Shown: positions 10,121 through 19,239 of the stretch, one piece after another
Numbering within the stretch: position 1 is the stretch's first letter
Layout of the letters: every line of letters starts with the position of its first letter
Program-made: the position numbers and the translations under genes
Notes under the pieces: generated by a model
Seen by the model: only the letters and a program-made list of their open reading frames with translations
The model's database searches: none
Told to the model about the DNA's origin: nothing
NCBI GenBank assembly: GCA_963764165.1
Contig: CAVXRD010000002.1
Location: forward strand, 1,792,001-1,856,000
Source: an uncultured Verrucomicrobiae bacterium
Lineage (GTDB): Bacteria; Verrucomicrobiota; Verrucomicrobiia; Limisphaerales; Palsa-1400
Reading direction: 5' to 3'
DNA length: 64,000 nt

Positions 10121-10591
10121 ATGATCACTACGAAAAAAATTGTCCTGCTCACATTGCTCACGGGCCTGCTTGCGCCGGCCCTCCGCGCACAAACCTATTC
10201 CATCGATTGGCATAAAATCGCCGGCGGCGGCGGAAACAGCGCCGGCACGAACGGCAGCGCCGTTTATGCGCTGAGCGGCACGATCGGCCAGCCTGACGCC
10301 GGCGGCTCCATGACCGGCGGCAGCTACTCTTTGACGGGCGGCTTCTGGAGCATTGTATCTATCGTGCATGCCGCCAGCTCGCCTGTGCTATCCATTGCGC
10401 GTTCAGGCAATGCCGGCGTGGTGGTCTCATGGCCCACCGCGCCCGCTGGATTCACGCTTCAACAAAGCACCAGTTTGTCAACGGCCAACTGGACAACGAG
10501 CGGGTATGCCATTACGACAGCCAACGGAACCAACAGCATCACCATCTCGCACCCAAGCGGCAACTTGTTTTTCAGGCTGGGTAATCCTTAA
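10121..10591 (+). CDS. Small secreted protein, 'YSIDW..GGGG / GTIGQPDAG / YSLTGGFW' family
   Basis: Signal peptide; Gly-rich motif block; C-terminal 'VSWP..GFTLQQSTSL...NW...FFRL' module. Confidence 0.75.
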   Translation: MITTKKIVLLTLLTGLLAPALRAQTYSIDWHKIAGGGGNSAGTNGSAVYALSGTIGQPDAGGSMTGGSYSLTGGFWSIVSIVHAASSPVLSIARSGNAGVVVSWPTAPAGFTLQQSTSLSTANWTTSGYAITTANGTNSITISHPSGNLFFRLGNP

Positions 10592-10666
10592 AGGGAACGA
10601 ATGCCCCGCGCAGGAACACGGGCTTTGCCAGGACAGACGCATCTTGATTCTTGTCATCCATTGAAT

Positions 10667-10722
10667 ATCAACGAGCGGCCAGCTCGTTGATTGGCAGGGA
10701 CGCCCGGCGAGGCGTCCCTGCC
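10667..10722. repeat. Two hairpins between convergent genes, including a family-A REP-like palindrome (GGCAGGGACGCC-CGGCGA-GGCGTCCCTGCC); possible bidirectional terminator
   Basis: ATCAACGAGC-ggcca-GCTCGTTGAT (~10667-10691) and the 10693-10722 palindrome. Confidence 0.7.
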
Positions 10723-10763
10723 TCGGAACTAAGATGCGTCTGCCCTGTGGGCTATGCTCGTGA

Positions 10764-13700
10764 TTATTGGGCCGAGATAATATAGTAGCCTTGCGTCCCC
10801 GTATAACTCTCCATCACGTTGGTGGGCGAGCCGGTGCCGTTGATGGCAGGGCCGACTTGCGACCATGACGGGCTGGTCAAGCTATTCTTGTAAAGAACGG
10901 AGTAACTGACACCCGCCTCCGTGGGGAATCGCAATTCAAGCTGCCCGCTGGAGATCGAAGCCGTCACGTTGAACGGCTGCGGCGCGGGCACGAGCATGAA
11001 GAACTCCATGTTGCAATACTGCGGGCTGCCGCTCGTGACTTGCAGCGTCTCGAGGCCGGGCCCCGACTGCCCCTGGCCCAGCGAAACAACCACCGGGCTG
11101 CCATTGCTGCCGAACAGCGGAATCCAGTGCCAGGCTTGAAAGCCGGCGGCATTGGGATCGGAGAAGGTTCCCAGTATATTGCTCGTTTGCATCGAGGTGC
11201 CATAGCCGCTGGTTAGAATGCTCATTTGCGTGTTCGTGTAAGCTGGCGTGCCAGCCAGCCGCCCCCAAATGTAGAAGTTATTGGTCGGATAATGCCGGGT
11301 GTAATTGAGCCAGGACCCGTTCGTGAAATAGCAAATATTGAACGGACCAATGGCGGGATCGTTAAATTCTTTCTGAGCCGCAATGAACTTGGGACGAATT
11401 GCATCCGTCGATGGCTGGGTGGCGACGCCGTCGGCCCGGTAATCCATGACTTGCCCTGAGATCATGTTCCATCCCACGTCGATCCCCTGCTGGGCGTAGG
11501 AATTGTTAAATAAACCCTCAGGGAATTCAAAGTAGCTGTTTGTTGCCATCGTGCCGTTGCTGAACTGTCCGGCGGCGACCGCTCCACCGTCACCGGTCGG
11601 GACAGCATTGTCAATGAATTGACCGGCAGTGGAATTTGTGGTGAAATCATAATCAACAGCCTCCCATTGATAATTGGTGGCCGCGAAGTTATCGAAGTTC
11701 ACGGAGTAACTGAACCCGGCCGACGCCGCATTGGTAACAGTCAAGGTGGCTGAGTAAAGCGAGTTGATTCGGATCGGGCATGTGATGGTCCATGTTCCCC
11801 CAAAATCGCTGAAGATCAGGCTGGACGTGACGTTGACCCCGTTCAATACCAGGTTGAAGCCATTCGTGGCGATGGCCGCACCGGCGTTCGCGTCGACGAT
11901 GAAGGTCAGTTCGTTGGTTCCTTGCAGCAGCGAACTGCCGTCTGGGTAGGCATAGATCAATGTGGGAGTTGTGACAGGCTCTGGAGGCGTCAGCATATAG
12001 AATGCGATGTTTGGATTTCCAACGACGACCGGCTTGAGCGTGGCGGTGTTGCTCAAGGTGACCGTAACGATATTGCCGTACTTATCCACCAATGGCAGAT
12101 AAACGTAATTATTATAGCTCGTGTTCGCGTAATTCGATGTGCCAAAAGAGCCAAGATAATTGGAGGTCTGACCGCCTTGCGTTGGATCGCTGGTCACTTC
12201 GTAAAGGGTCTCCTGAACACCCGAACCTGAGGTCGCCGAGTAAAGCCATACATTATAAGTTCCGGCGGGCGCCGAGTTCGTTATATCGCTTCCATAGGTG
12301 CGCGTGTAGTTTTCCCACTGGCCGGGGCTGTTATATCCGACTTCCATCTCGGTAATGTCAGTGTAGTTTGTGTCGCCCGCGGCGGCGGCGTTCGCAAATT
12401 TTTGCTCGATCACTGTGGTGGCAGTTCCCTGCCCCGCGGCGGGTTGGATTACCACCGCGTCATTGGGCCGGTAAGACTTGGCGGCGGTGCGAATGGCGCC
12501 AGCTTCGTCGACGCCAACATTGCCCACTTCACTTCCGGCATAAAGCCCCAAGCCGCCATTGGCTGGCGTGTCCATGAATTGGCCGCCGTTAAAATTGAAA
12601 TCGGAGGCCTCGATCACGAGCACCGGCGCCAGCGTGTCGAACGCGTCGGCTGGCGAGGTCACGGTGATGCCGTTGGCATCCGTGGCTTTGACGACGACCG
12701 AGCTGTAGACCGTGTTCGAGTGCAGAGCGTAGGAGATGTTCGCGGTCCCCGTTCCAAGGCCGGTCACCGTCAAGCCGGGCGACCCGGGCACATTGGTTGC
12801 CGTCGTAGAGGCCGTCCCTCCCAGCGTGGTCGTCGTGACGATAACCTGCACATTAGTTATGGTAAACGCCGCCGAGTTTGCCGTGGCGGTGAAGAATGCA
12901 TTTGTGCAAAGTGTCTCATAGCTTGGCGACATCGAGGGAATTGTCGGACCGAGCGGGACTGCTATCGAACTGGATGCCGCGCTGGCTCCGGCGGAATTGA
13001 CGCCAATCACTTCGTAATAATAGTAGGGGACGCCGGTCACAACACCCGTGTCCGTGTAACTCGTTGTGGCAACTCCCTCGGCTATGAACGAATAGGGGCC
13101 CGCGGCATTTGTAGAACGCAGTATGATATAACTCGTCGCGCCGCTGTCGGTCCAACTCAATTCGACTTGGCTGCTGCCTTGCAGTGATCCGGTCAAATGC
13201 GTGGGAACTGCCGGCACAGATGGAATCGTGCCTCCGGTGATCGTCAGCACAATGGTGCTTCCGTTTTGCGCCAGACTCCCTGTTACGCCGGATGGCAGAA
13301 TGAGATTTGGAGCGGTAACAGTGCCGTTCAGCCCTGAGAACTGAAATAGCGGGATAGCACTTCCAACAGTAGTTCCAGATGGCAATCCGGCGATGATTAT
13401 GGTCAGGGTGCTGTCGGTATCCGGCCAGGTCAGGTTCCCGACATTGACATTGGGGACCGTCAGGCTGGAAGGCGCGAGTTGCAAGGTCACATCATTGGAA
13501 ATCGTAAAATTGCTAATCGGCGCGTTCGTCGTGCCAATCGTTGTATCGAGTCCCATGACGAGCGTGCCGCCAAGGTTCAGGCTGCCCGTGCCGGCTGCGG
13601 TTCCGTCAGTGATCGAACCGAAATTGGTAACGACGCCGCCGGCTGCGATATTTAAGGTGCCAGCCGCCGTTCCTGCCGTTTGTGTCGCCAAAGAAATGCC

Positions 13701-14843
13701 GCCGAACCCCACCAGGAGCGTCCCTGTGGCGCCGACGCTCAATGTCCCATTGGCGGTGCCGCTGGCCGTGGCCGTGTTGGCTATCACCACGGTCGTCGCA
13801 TCAACAACCCCGGTGTCATATTGGAAGACTCCAGTGCCGGTATCTCCGGTGGTTGTGCCGGTGTTGGGATTGGCCCCGACAGTCAGGGTGGATGCTTTAA
13901 TATCCAACGGATTGCCAACAGCCACAAAAGACCCGGAGGTGGTGCCTGTGCCCGTTTGATTGCGATTGCCGACGGTGACGGCCGCCCGGTCGGTGTCGGC
14001 CCCCGACACGCCGCGGATGCGCAGACCGCCGGTGGAAGCGGCAAAAGTGACACTAAACGTGTTTTTGTTGTTGGCAATGTTGATGTTGGCGGCATTGATG
14101 ATGTTGGTGCCCGGACCGAGCACCAGCGTGCTGGCGGGCCCAGCCTGCGCATTGTTGCAGGTGCCGAGGTTAATGGTCGACGCCGTGATGTAATTGCTAA
14201 CCCCCGCCAGAACAAAGTTGCCACCCGCGCGCGTGTTCAGCGAACCGGAGCTTTCTGGCAGAGTCGTGTCCGCCACGCTGATGATGCCCGCGCTGTTGCT
14301 ATAGACGAAGTTATTCAAGCTGGAGAGATTCAAATAGGCCGTGGCGTTGGCGCCGGAAGCCGTGCCATAATTCTCCACCGCCAGATTGGTGCCAGTGACC
14401 ATCAACGTTCCGCCGCCCGTCATGTAGGCATACGTTGCGTAGCCGCCGGCCGCCTTATTCAGCCCGCCGACCAGCATCCAATTGGTGACCACCAACGTTT
14501 GTCCCGAGCCGATTTGCGTAACGTTGTAAGCGGCGGTGGTGGCCGCGGAATTGTAGATCAGGTTGGCCACCCTGCCACTGAAGCCGGGATCGACAATGTT
14601 ATTGACCGTGGTGGAACTGCTGGTGGTGTTGGTGATGCCGAAAGTGGCCGTGTCGGCCGCGCCAGGGGGGCCGCCGGCGGGAGTCCAGCTGGCCGCCGCG
14701 CTCCAGTTTCCGCTGGCGGCATTCCAAATGTAATTTGAGGCATGCGCGCGAGGGGCTGAGGCGGCCATCAATGCGGCCATGAGAACGGCGAGCGCGAAGC
14801 TGGGGGAAAACGGAGACGTTGTGAGGTGACTCGGTTTATTCAT
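10764..14843 (-). CDS. Large secreted protein (1359 aa): beta-helix-like N-terminal region, FN3 domain, two related CBM-like domains, C-terminal module
   Basis: Signal peptide; Gly/Asn/Thr-rich beta-strand repeats; FN3 'VPTHLTG...VELSW...SYIILRST...YTDTGV..G..YYYEVIGVN'; duplicated 'EAxDx(N/D)F..GQFxD...WxNYTRxY'. Confidence 0.7.
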   Translation of the reverse strand: MNKPSHLTTSPFSPSFALAVLMAALMAASAPRAHASNYIWNAASGNWSAAASWTPAGGPPGAADTATFGITNTTSSSTTVNNIVDPGFSGRVANLIYNSAATTAAYNVTQIGSGQTLVVTNWMLVGGLNKAAGGYATYAYMTGGGTLMVTGTNLAVENYGTASGANATAYLNLSSLNNFVYSNSAGIISVADTTLPESSGSLNTRAGGNFVLAGVSNYITASTINLGTCNNAQAGPASTLVLGPGTNIINAANINIANNKNTFSVTFAASTGGLRIRGVSGADTDRAAVTVGNRNQTGTGTTSGSFVAVGNPLDIKASTLTVGANPNTGTTTGDTGTGVFQYDTGVVDATTVVIANTATASGTANGTLSVGATGTLLVGFGGISLATQTAGTAAGTLNIAAGGVVTNFGSITDGTAAGTGSLNLGGTLVMGLDTTIGTTNAPISNFTISNDVTLQLAPSSLTVPNVNVGNLTWPDTDSTLTIIIAGLPSGTTVGSAIPLFQFSGLNGTVTAPNLILPSGVTGSLAQNGSTIVLTITGGTIPSVPAVPTHLTGSLQGSSQVELSWTDSGATSYIILRSTNAAGPYSFIAEGVATTSYTDTGVVTGVPYYYYEVIGVNSAGASAASSSIAVPLGPTIPSMSPSYETLCTNAFFTATANSAAFTITNVQVIVTTTTLGGTASTTATNVPGSPGLTVTGLGTGTANISYALHSNTVYSSVVVKATDANGITVTSPADAFDTLAPVLVIEASDFNFNGGQFMDTPANGGLGLYAGSEVGNVGVDEAGAIRTAAKSYRPNDAVVIQPAAGQGTATTVIEQKFANAAAAGDTNYTDITEMEVGYNSPGQWENYTRTYGSDITNSAPAGTYNVWLYSATSGSGVQETLYEVTSDPTQGGQTSNYLGSFGTSNYANTSYNNYVYLPLVDKYGNIVTVTLSNTATLKPVVVGNPNIAFYMLTPPEPVTTPTLIYAYPDGSSLLQGTNELTFIVDANAGAAIATNGFNLVLNGVNVTSSLIFSDFGGTWTITCPIRINSLYSATLTVTNAASAGFSYSVNFDNFAATNYQWEAVDYDFTTNSTAGQFIDNAVPTGDGGAVAAGQFSNGTMATNSYFEFPEGLFNNSYAQQGIDVGWNMISGQVMDYRADGVATQPSTDAIRPKFIAAQKEFNDPAIGPFNICYFTNGSWLNYTRHYPTNNFYIWGRLAGTPAYTNTQMSILTSGYGTSMQTSNILGTFSDPNAAGFQAWHWIPLFGSNGSPVVVSLGQGQSGPGLETLQVTSGSPQYCNMEFFMLVPAPQPFNVTASISSGQLELRFPTEAGVSYSVLYKNSLTSPSWSQVGPAINGTGSPTNVMESYTGTQGYYIISAQ

Positions 14844-14957
14844 ATAAAATGTGTTGTGGAACTCGTGCAGATTATTTGGCGGGGCGGGCCATGCCTACCC
14901 CCTCTTTTGGAGGGTGGCTTTTTTCCGTGGTCTATCTATCATCGGGCATTGCCCTGA

Positions 14958-17156
14958 GTGAAAACGGACTGGCCAGCATCCAATCGCGGGACCCGAATGC
15001 TTGTGGGAGCATTGCTCGCGCTTTTTTACGGAGCGCTTCCGGTGCGCGCCGCCGGGCCCATCACCAACGCCGCCGATGTCCTCGCGCTCTCAACCAGCCG
15101 CGCGGCGCAAGGCATCCAAGTCTCCATAACAGGGGTCGTGACCGTCGCGGAACCGTCATGGTCGGGCCGGTTTTTTATGCAGGACGCCAGCGGCGGCGTT
15201 TTTGTCAATAATGTTGGCAAAGCCCAGCCGCAGGTCGGGGACCAGGTGCATGTCACCGGAGTTAGTTTTGCCGGCGGCTACGCTCCATGCGTTACGAAGC
15301 CAAGCTGGATCAGGCTGGGCGCCGCGCCGCTGCCCGAGGCCAAGCCCGTCACCATCGACCGCTTGATGTCCGGCGCCGAAGACAGCCAGCGCATCGCGGT
15401 CTCGGGAATTGTTCGATATGCCGGCGCCAGCAGCAATCGCCTGGCTCTCGATATTGTTTCCGGCGGCTTTCGCTTGCGCGCGTTTTGCCCGTTATTGCCC
15501 GCGTTCGATCCAATTTCGTTGACAGGCGCCGAAGTCCTGCTCAAAGGCACAGCCGGCACGTCCTATAACGCGCCGCTGCGGCACTTCGTGACCGTCACGC
15601 TTTATGTCCCGAGGCTGGAGGACTTCATTGTCCAGAAGCCGGGCGCCGCCCGGCCGTTCGATGAGCCAGTCCTTTCATTGAATAACATCGCGCAATTTCG
15701 CGAAGATGCTTCCCCCGCCAAGCTGGCCCATGTCAAAGGCTTTGTCGTTTATCAACGCGACGGCCAGGATTTATTTCTGCAAGACGCCAGCGGCGGCCTG
15801 CAAATCAAGAGCCGCCAAACGCTCGCGCTCAAGCCGGGTGATGCCGTCGAGGCTGTGGGCTTTCCCGCCATTGAGAACTTTCTTCCGGTCTTGGACGACG
15901 CCATTTTCCGCAAGACTGGCGAGGCTTCCGTTCCAGTGCAGCCGACCAACGTGGCCATTTCAAACCTGCAAAAAGGCCTCCATCACGGAAGCCTCGTCGC
16001 GATTGAAGGAAAACTCATCGAACGCTCCGAACGCGCTCTGGGCAAAGCCGGCGACAAAGCCAACGCCCTGACCACGCTGGTCTTGCAAAACACCAACCTG
16101 ATTTTTGTGGCCGAGAAATACGCTCCCGACGACGGCTCCCTTGCGTCCATTCCCATTGGCAGCGTTGTCAGAGTGACCGGCGTTTGCTTTCTCGAGAATA
16201 ACGAGAACGGCAAGTTCAAAACATTTCGCGTTCTGCTTCCGAGTTCGCATGACGTCGCCGTGCTGGCGCGGCCTGGCTGGCTGACGCCGCCGCACTTGCT
16301 CATCAGCCTGACCGTTGTCCTGGGCATTTTATTGATGGCGGTCAGTTGGTCAGTCATGGTTTCCAAGAGGAATTCAATGCTCAAGCTGCTCGTGCGCGAC
16401 CGGGAGCTGGCGCAGCGGGAATTGCAGGAGGCGCATGGTCAGCTTGAGGAGCGCGTGAACGAACGCACGGCCCAATTGAAAGTCGAGATGACCGCTCGCA
16501 AGGAATCGGAACTGCAATTCCGCGCCGTGCTGACCGAGCGGACACGGCTCGCGCAGGAGCTTCACGACACATTGGAGCAAACGATGACCGGAATCGCCTT
16601 GCAATTGAATCTTGCGGAAAATCATTTTGAGAAAAATCCGCTCAACGCCTTTCATCATCTCAAGCTCGCCCGCAGCCTGATGCGCCAGAGCCGCGGTTAC
16701 CTGCGCGATTCGGTGATGGGCCTGCGCCAGCGCGCCTCCGAGGAATTCAACCTGGCCGCCGCCTTGAAAACCACCAGCCAGCAAATCGCCGATGGCACCA
16801 ACATCCGCCTCGAAGTCCAAACGTCCGGCGACCGCCATGCCTTGACTGAAGTGGTGGAAGAAAATCTGTTGCGCATTGGGCAGGAGGCGGTCACCAACGT
16901 TGTCAAACATGCGGACGCGACTCGGTTGAATGTGGAACTGCAATTCGCGCGGGGCAACGTGGTCCTTTTGGTCCGGGACGACGGCAAGGGTTTTGACGCC
17001 GCGCATCCCGCCGGCCCGAGGGATGGCCATTTTGGCCTCTTGGGCATGAGCGAGCGGGCGGCGCGGCTGGGCGGCCAATTGGTCGTCACCAGCGCCCCCG
17101 GCGCCGGGACATCGGTGCGGGCGGAAATTCCGACCGAACATCCCACCGGAGCTTGA
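14958..17156 (+). CDS. Sensor histidine kinase (HisKA_3 / NarX-DesK type) with extracytoplasmic OB-like repeats
   Basis: 'ERTRLAQELHD' H-box, 'QEAVTNVVKHA' N-box, 'DDGKGF', 'GHFGLLGMSERA', 'APGAGT'; repeated 'FxQDASGG' domains; one TM segment. Start may be ATG 14997. Confidence 0.92.
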   Translation: MKTDWPASNRGTRMLVGALLALFYGALPVRAAGPITNAADVLALSTSRAAQGIQVSITGVVTVAEPSWSGRFFMQDASGGVFVNNVGKAQPQVGDQVHVTGVSFAGGYAPCVTKPSWIRLGAAPLPEAKPVTIDRLMSGAEDSQRIAVSGIVRYAGASSNRLALDIVSGGFRLRAFCPLLPAFDPISLTGAEVLLKGTAGTSYNAPLRHFVTVTLYVPRLEDFIVQKPGAARPFDEPVLSLNNIAQFREDASPAKLAHVKGFVVYQRDGQDLFLQDASGGLQIKSRQTLALKPGDAVEAVGFPAIENFLPVLDDAIFRKTGEASVPVQPTNVAISNLQKGLHHGSLVAIEGKLIERSERALGKAGDKANALTTLVLQNTNLIFVAEKYAPDDGSLASIPIGSVVRVTGVCFLENNENGKFKTFRVLLPSSHDVAVLARPGWLTPPHLLISLTVVLGILLMAVSWSVMVSKRNSMLKLLVRDRELAQRELQEAHGQLEERVNERTAQLKVEMTARKESELQFRAVLTERTRLAQELHDTLEQTMTGIALQLNLAENHFEKNPLNAFHHLKLARSLMRQSRGYLRDSVMGLRQRASEEFNLAAALKTTSQQIADGTNIRLEVQTSGDRHALTEVVEENLLRIGQEAVTNVVKHADATRLNVELQFARGNVVLLVRDDGKGFDAAHPAGPRDGHFGLLGMSERAARLGGQLVVTSAPGAGTSVRAEIPTEHPTGA

Positions 17157-17179
17157 ACGCAGATGCCAAGGCGAAACCC

Positions 17180-17812
17180 ATGTCAAACACACAAGCCAAA
17201 ATCAAGATTCTAGTCGCGGACGATCATTACGTGGTGCGCATGGGCGTGACCGCCATGATTAACAATGAGCCGGACATGGAAGTCGCCGGCGAAGCGGCCA
17301 ACGGCAGCCAGGTGATTGATCTATTCGAGCGGCAAAGGCCGGATGTGGTCCTCCTGGATTCGCGCATGCCGCATAAAAACGGGGTGCAGGCGGCGCAGGA
17401 GATATTGCAGCGTTTCGGCAAAACGCGCATCATTATGCTGACAGCGTTCGACGGCGACGAAGACATTCACAAAGCATTCTGGGCCGGGGCGCAAGGTTAC
17501 GTCTTGAAGAACGACACCGAAGAGCAGCTCATTCCCGCCATCCGCGCGGTCTTTGCCGGGGAAGGCTGGATCCCGAACGAAGTCAACGAGCGCCTGGCCC
17601 AACGCGAGAAATTCGAGCCTTTAACACCGCGCGAACTGGAGGTATTGCAGGAACTGACCAAAGGCCTGGCCAACAAACAAATCGCCGATCTGATGAACAT
17701 CTCACCGCACACGACCAAAGGGCACATGAAAAGCATCCTCAGCAAACTGCACGCAGCCGACCGCACAGAAGCCGTGATGGTGGCAATACGACGAGGACTG
17801 ATACACGTTTAG
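17180..17812 (+). CDS. NarL/FixJ-family response regulator
   Basis: REC domain (VADDH, VLLD, MLT, GYVLK) plus LuxR HTH 'LTPRELEVL..L.KGLANKQIA'. Confidence 0.95.
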   Translation: MSNTQAKIKILVADDHYVVRMGVTAMINNEPDMEVAGEAANGSQVIDLFERQRPDVVLLDSRMPHKNGVQAAQEILQRFGKTRIIMLTAFDGDEDIHKAFWAGAQGYVLKNDTEEQLIPAIRAVFAGEGWIPNEVNERLAQREKFEPLTPRELEVLQELTKGLANKQIADLMNISPHTTKGHMKSILSKLHAADRTEAVMVAIRRGLIHV

Positions 17813-18957
17813 GATTTGGCCACTTCAAACTTGTCCGGCAGCAGGCCGCGTTCAACACAATGCCGGAAATTCCATTCCGTCCCTTTCTCCATCTTGTAGC
17901 TCCAGAAAAACCAGCCGCACGCCTCCTCGTAATTCAAGAGTTGCGTGGCCGCGTAAGCGCGCGTGGCGGCCACAGTTTGCAGCGGGGACAAGCCGCGGGT
18001 TGATCCGCCCGGCCAGCCAAGCGACCATTCGCCAATCATCGTCGGCAGCTCTTCCCGCTGCATTCGGTCGAGATCGCTTTTTCGGTCGAGCGTGAACTGC
18101 AACTGCTCGCGAGCGGTGCGGTCTTTGTCTTTCTTGGTGAAGCATTGGTACCAATGGGTGTCAAGTATTACGTTTTTGCACGCGGGCTCGCGCATGAAAT
18201 TTTTCCACGCAAACGGCCGGAACGAATCGTGAAAGACAATCGCCACCCTTGGGTCCAGGTGATTGCGCAGTCGCGCGTAGGCATCAAGATAAAACTGCTG
18301 AAGAATCGCCAGCGGCACCGATTGCTTGGGCTCGTTCAAAAGCTCGATGCCAAACAGCGCCGGATGATCGCCGCAGGATTGCGCGAAGCTCTCCAAAACG
18401 CGCAGCGTCTCCGCAATGTTCTTGGGGTCTTTGTGCCAGTTGATCGGGCCGCTGCGGCCGCTGTGGTCCCAGCCATTCTGGCTGCCGGGCGCCCCGTGCA
18501 AATCCAAAAGCACTTTGAGCCCGTTTTGCTGCGCCTGGTCGAGCGCGAACCGGATGTGCCGCGAACACTCCACGTACGGTTTTTCCGCCTCCAAAGCCCA
18601 ATAGCCAACTGGCAGCCGAACCGCATTGAGCCCGCACTGCTTGATCCAGCGAAAATCCTCCGCGGTGATGAATTCGTCGCGATGCCGCTCCAGTCTTGCT
18701 TTTGCTTGACTGCCCAGCGCACTGCAAAGATTGTATTCGTCTTCGGCATCAGTGCCCGCGTAAACCGAAGGCACCATCCATTTTTCGAGCACGAGCCACG
18801 CCCCGAGGTTCACTCCCCGGATCGTGGCGGCCTTGGCGGGATCCTCCGCCGGCTTCTGCCCGCTTGCAGCCGCCATCTCCACGGCGGCTGCCGGCTCGCT
18901 CAAGGCCAGGGCCAAGCCGCCGGAAAGGGCGCTCTTGATGAACTCTCTTCGTTTCAT
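17809..18957 (-). CDS. Glycoside hydrolase family 5 (exo-beta-1,3-glucanase-like), Tat-exported
   Basis: Tat signal 'MKRREFIK'; 'GVNLGAWLVLEKWM', 'VRLPVGYW', 'DLHGAPGSQNGWDHSG'; catalytic 'LNEP' and 'GEWS'. Confidence 0.9.
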   Translation of the reverse strand: MKRREFIKSALSGGLALALSEPAAAVEMAAASGQKPAEDPAKAATIRGVNLGAWLVLEKWMVPSVYAGTDAEDEYNLCSALGSQAKARLERHRDEFITAEDFRWIKQCGLNAVRLPVGYWALEAEKPYVECSRHIRFALDQAQQNGLKVLLDLHGAPGSQNGWDHSGRSGPINWHKDPKNIAETLRVLESFAQSCGDHPALFGIELLNEPKQSVPLAILQQFYLDAYARLRNHLDPRVAIVFHDSFRPFAWKNFMREPACKNVILDTHWYQCFTKKDKDRTAREQLQFTLDRKSDLDRMQREELPTMIGEWSLGWPGGSTRGLSPLQTVAATRAYAATQLLNYEEACGWFFWSYKMEKGTEWNFRHCVERGLLPDKFEVAKS

Positions 18958-19239
18958 GCTCGCACGAAGTGAAACAAATAAACGCCAGGCACACCAACCC
19001 CCCTTTCGAGGGGTTCAAGGCGGGAATGGCAAACCTCTGAGATTAAACAGGGAGCAACCGGCGCTGATGGTATTATGCCCCGTCGGGGCGGCACAGGTGG
19101 GAGCAGGTGCAAAAAGGCGAGGCACCGCCCGATCCAACGCGCGCGAATTCTTGCTGTTGCATGTCCCGTGCGCCGCGCTTACCATTCATGCCACATCACT
19201 TATTTTGGCATCATGGCCCCGTAGAATTTGAGGAGTTTT

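Noticed and set aside
18960..19230. Hairpins in the GH5/GH2 divergent intergenic region as a riboswitch
   Set aside because: No conserved riboswitch motif recognised
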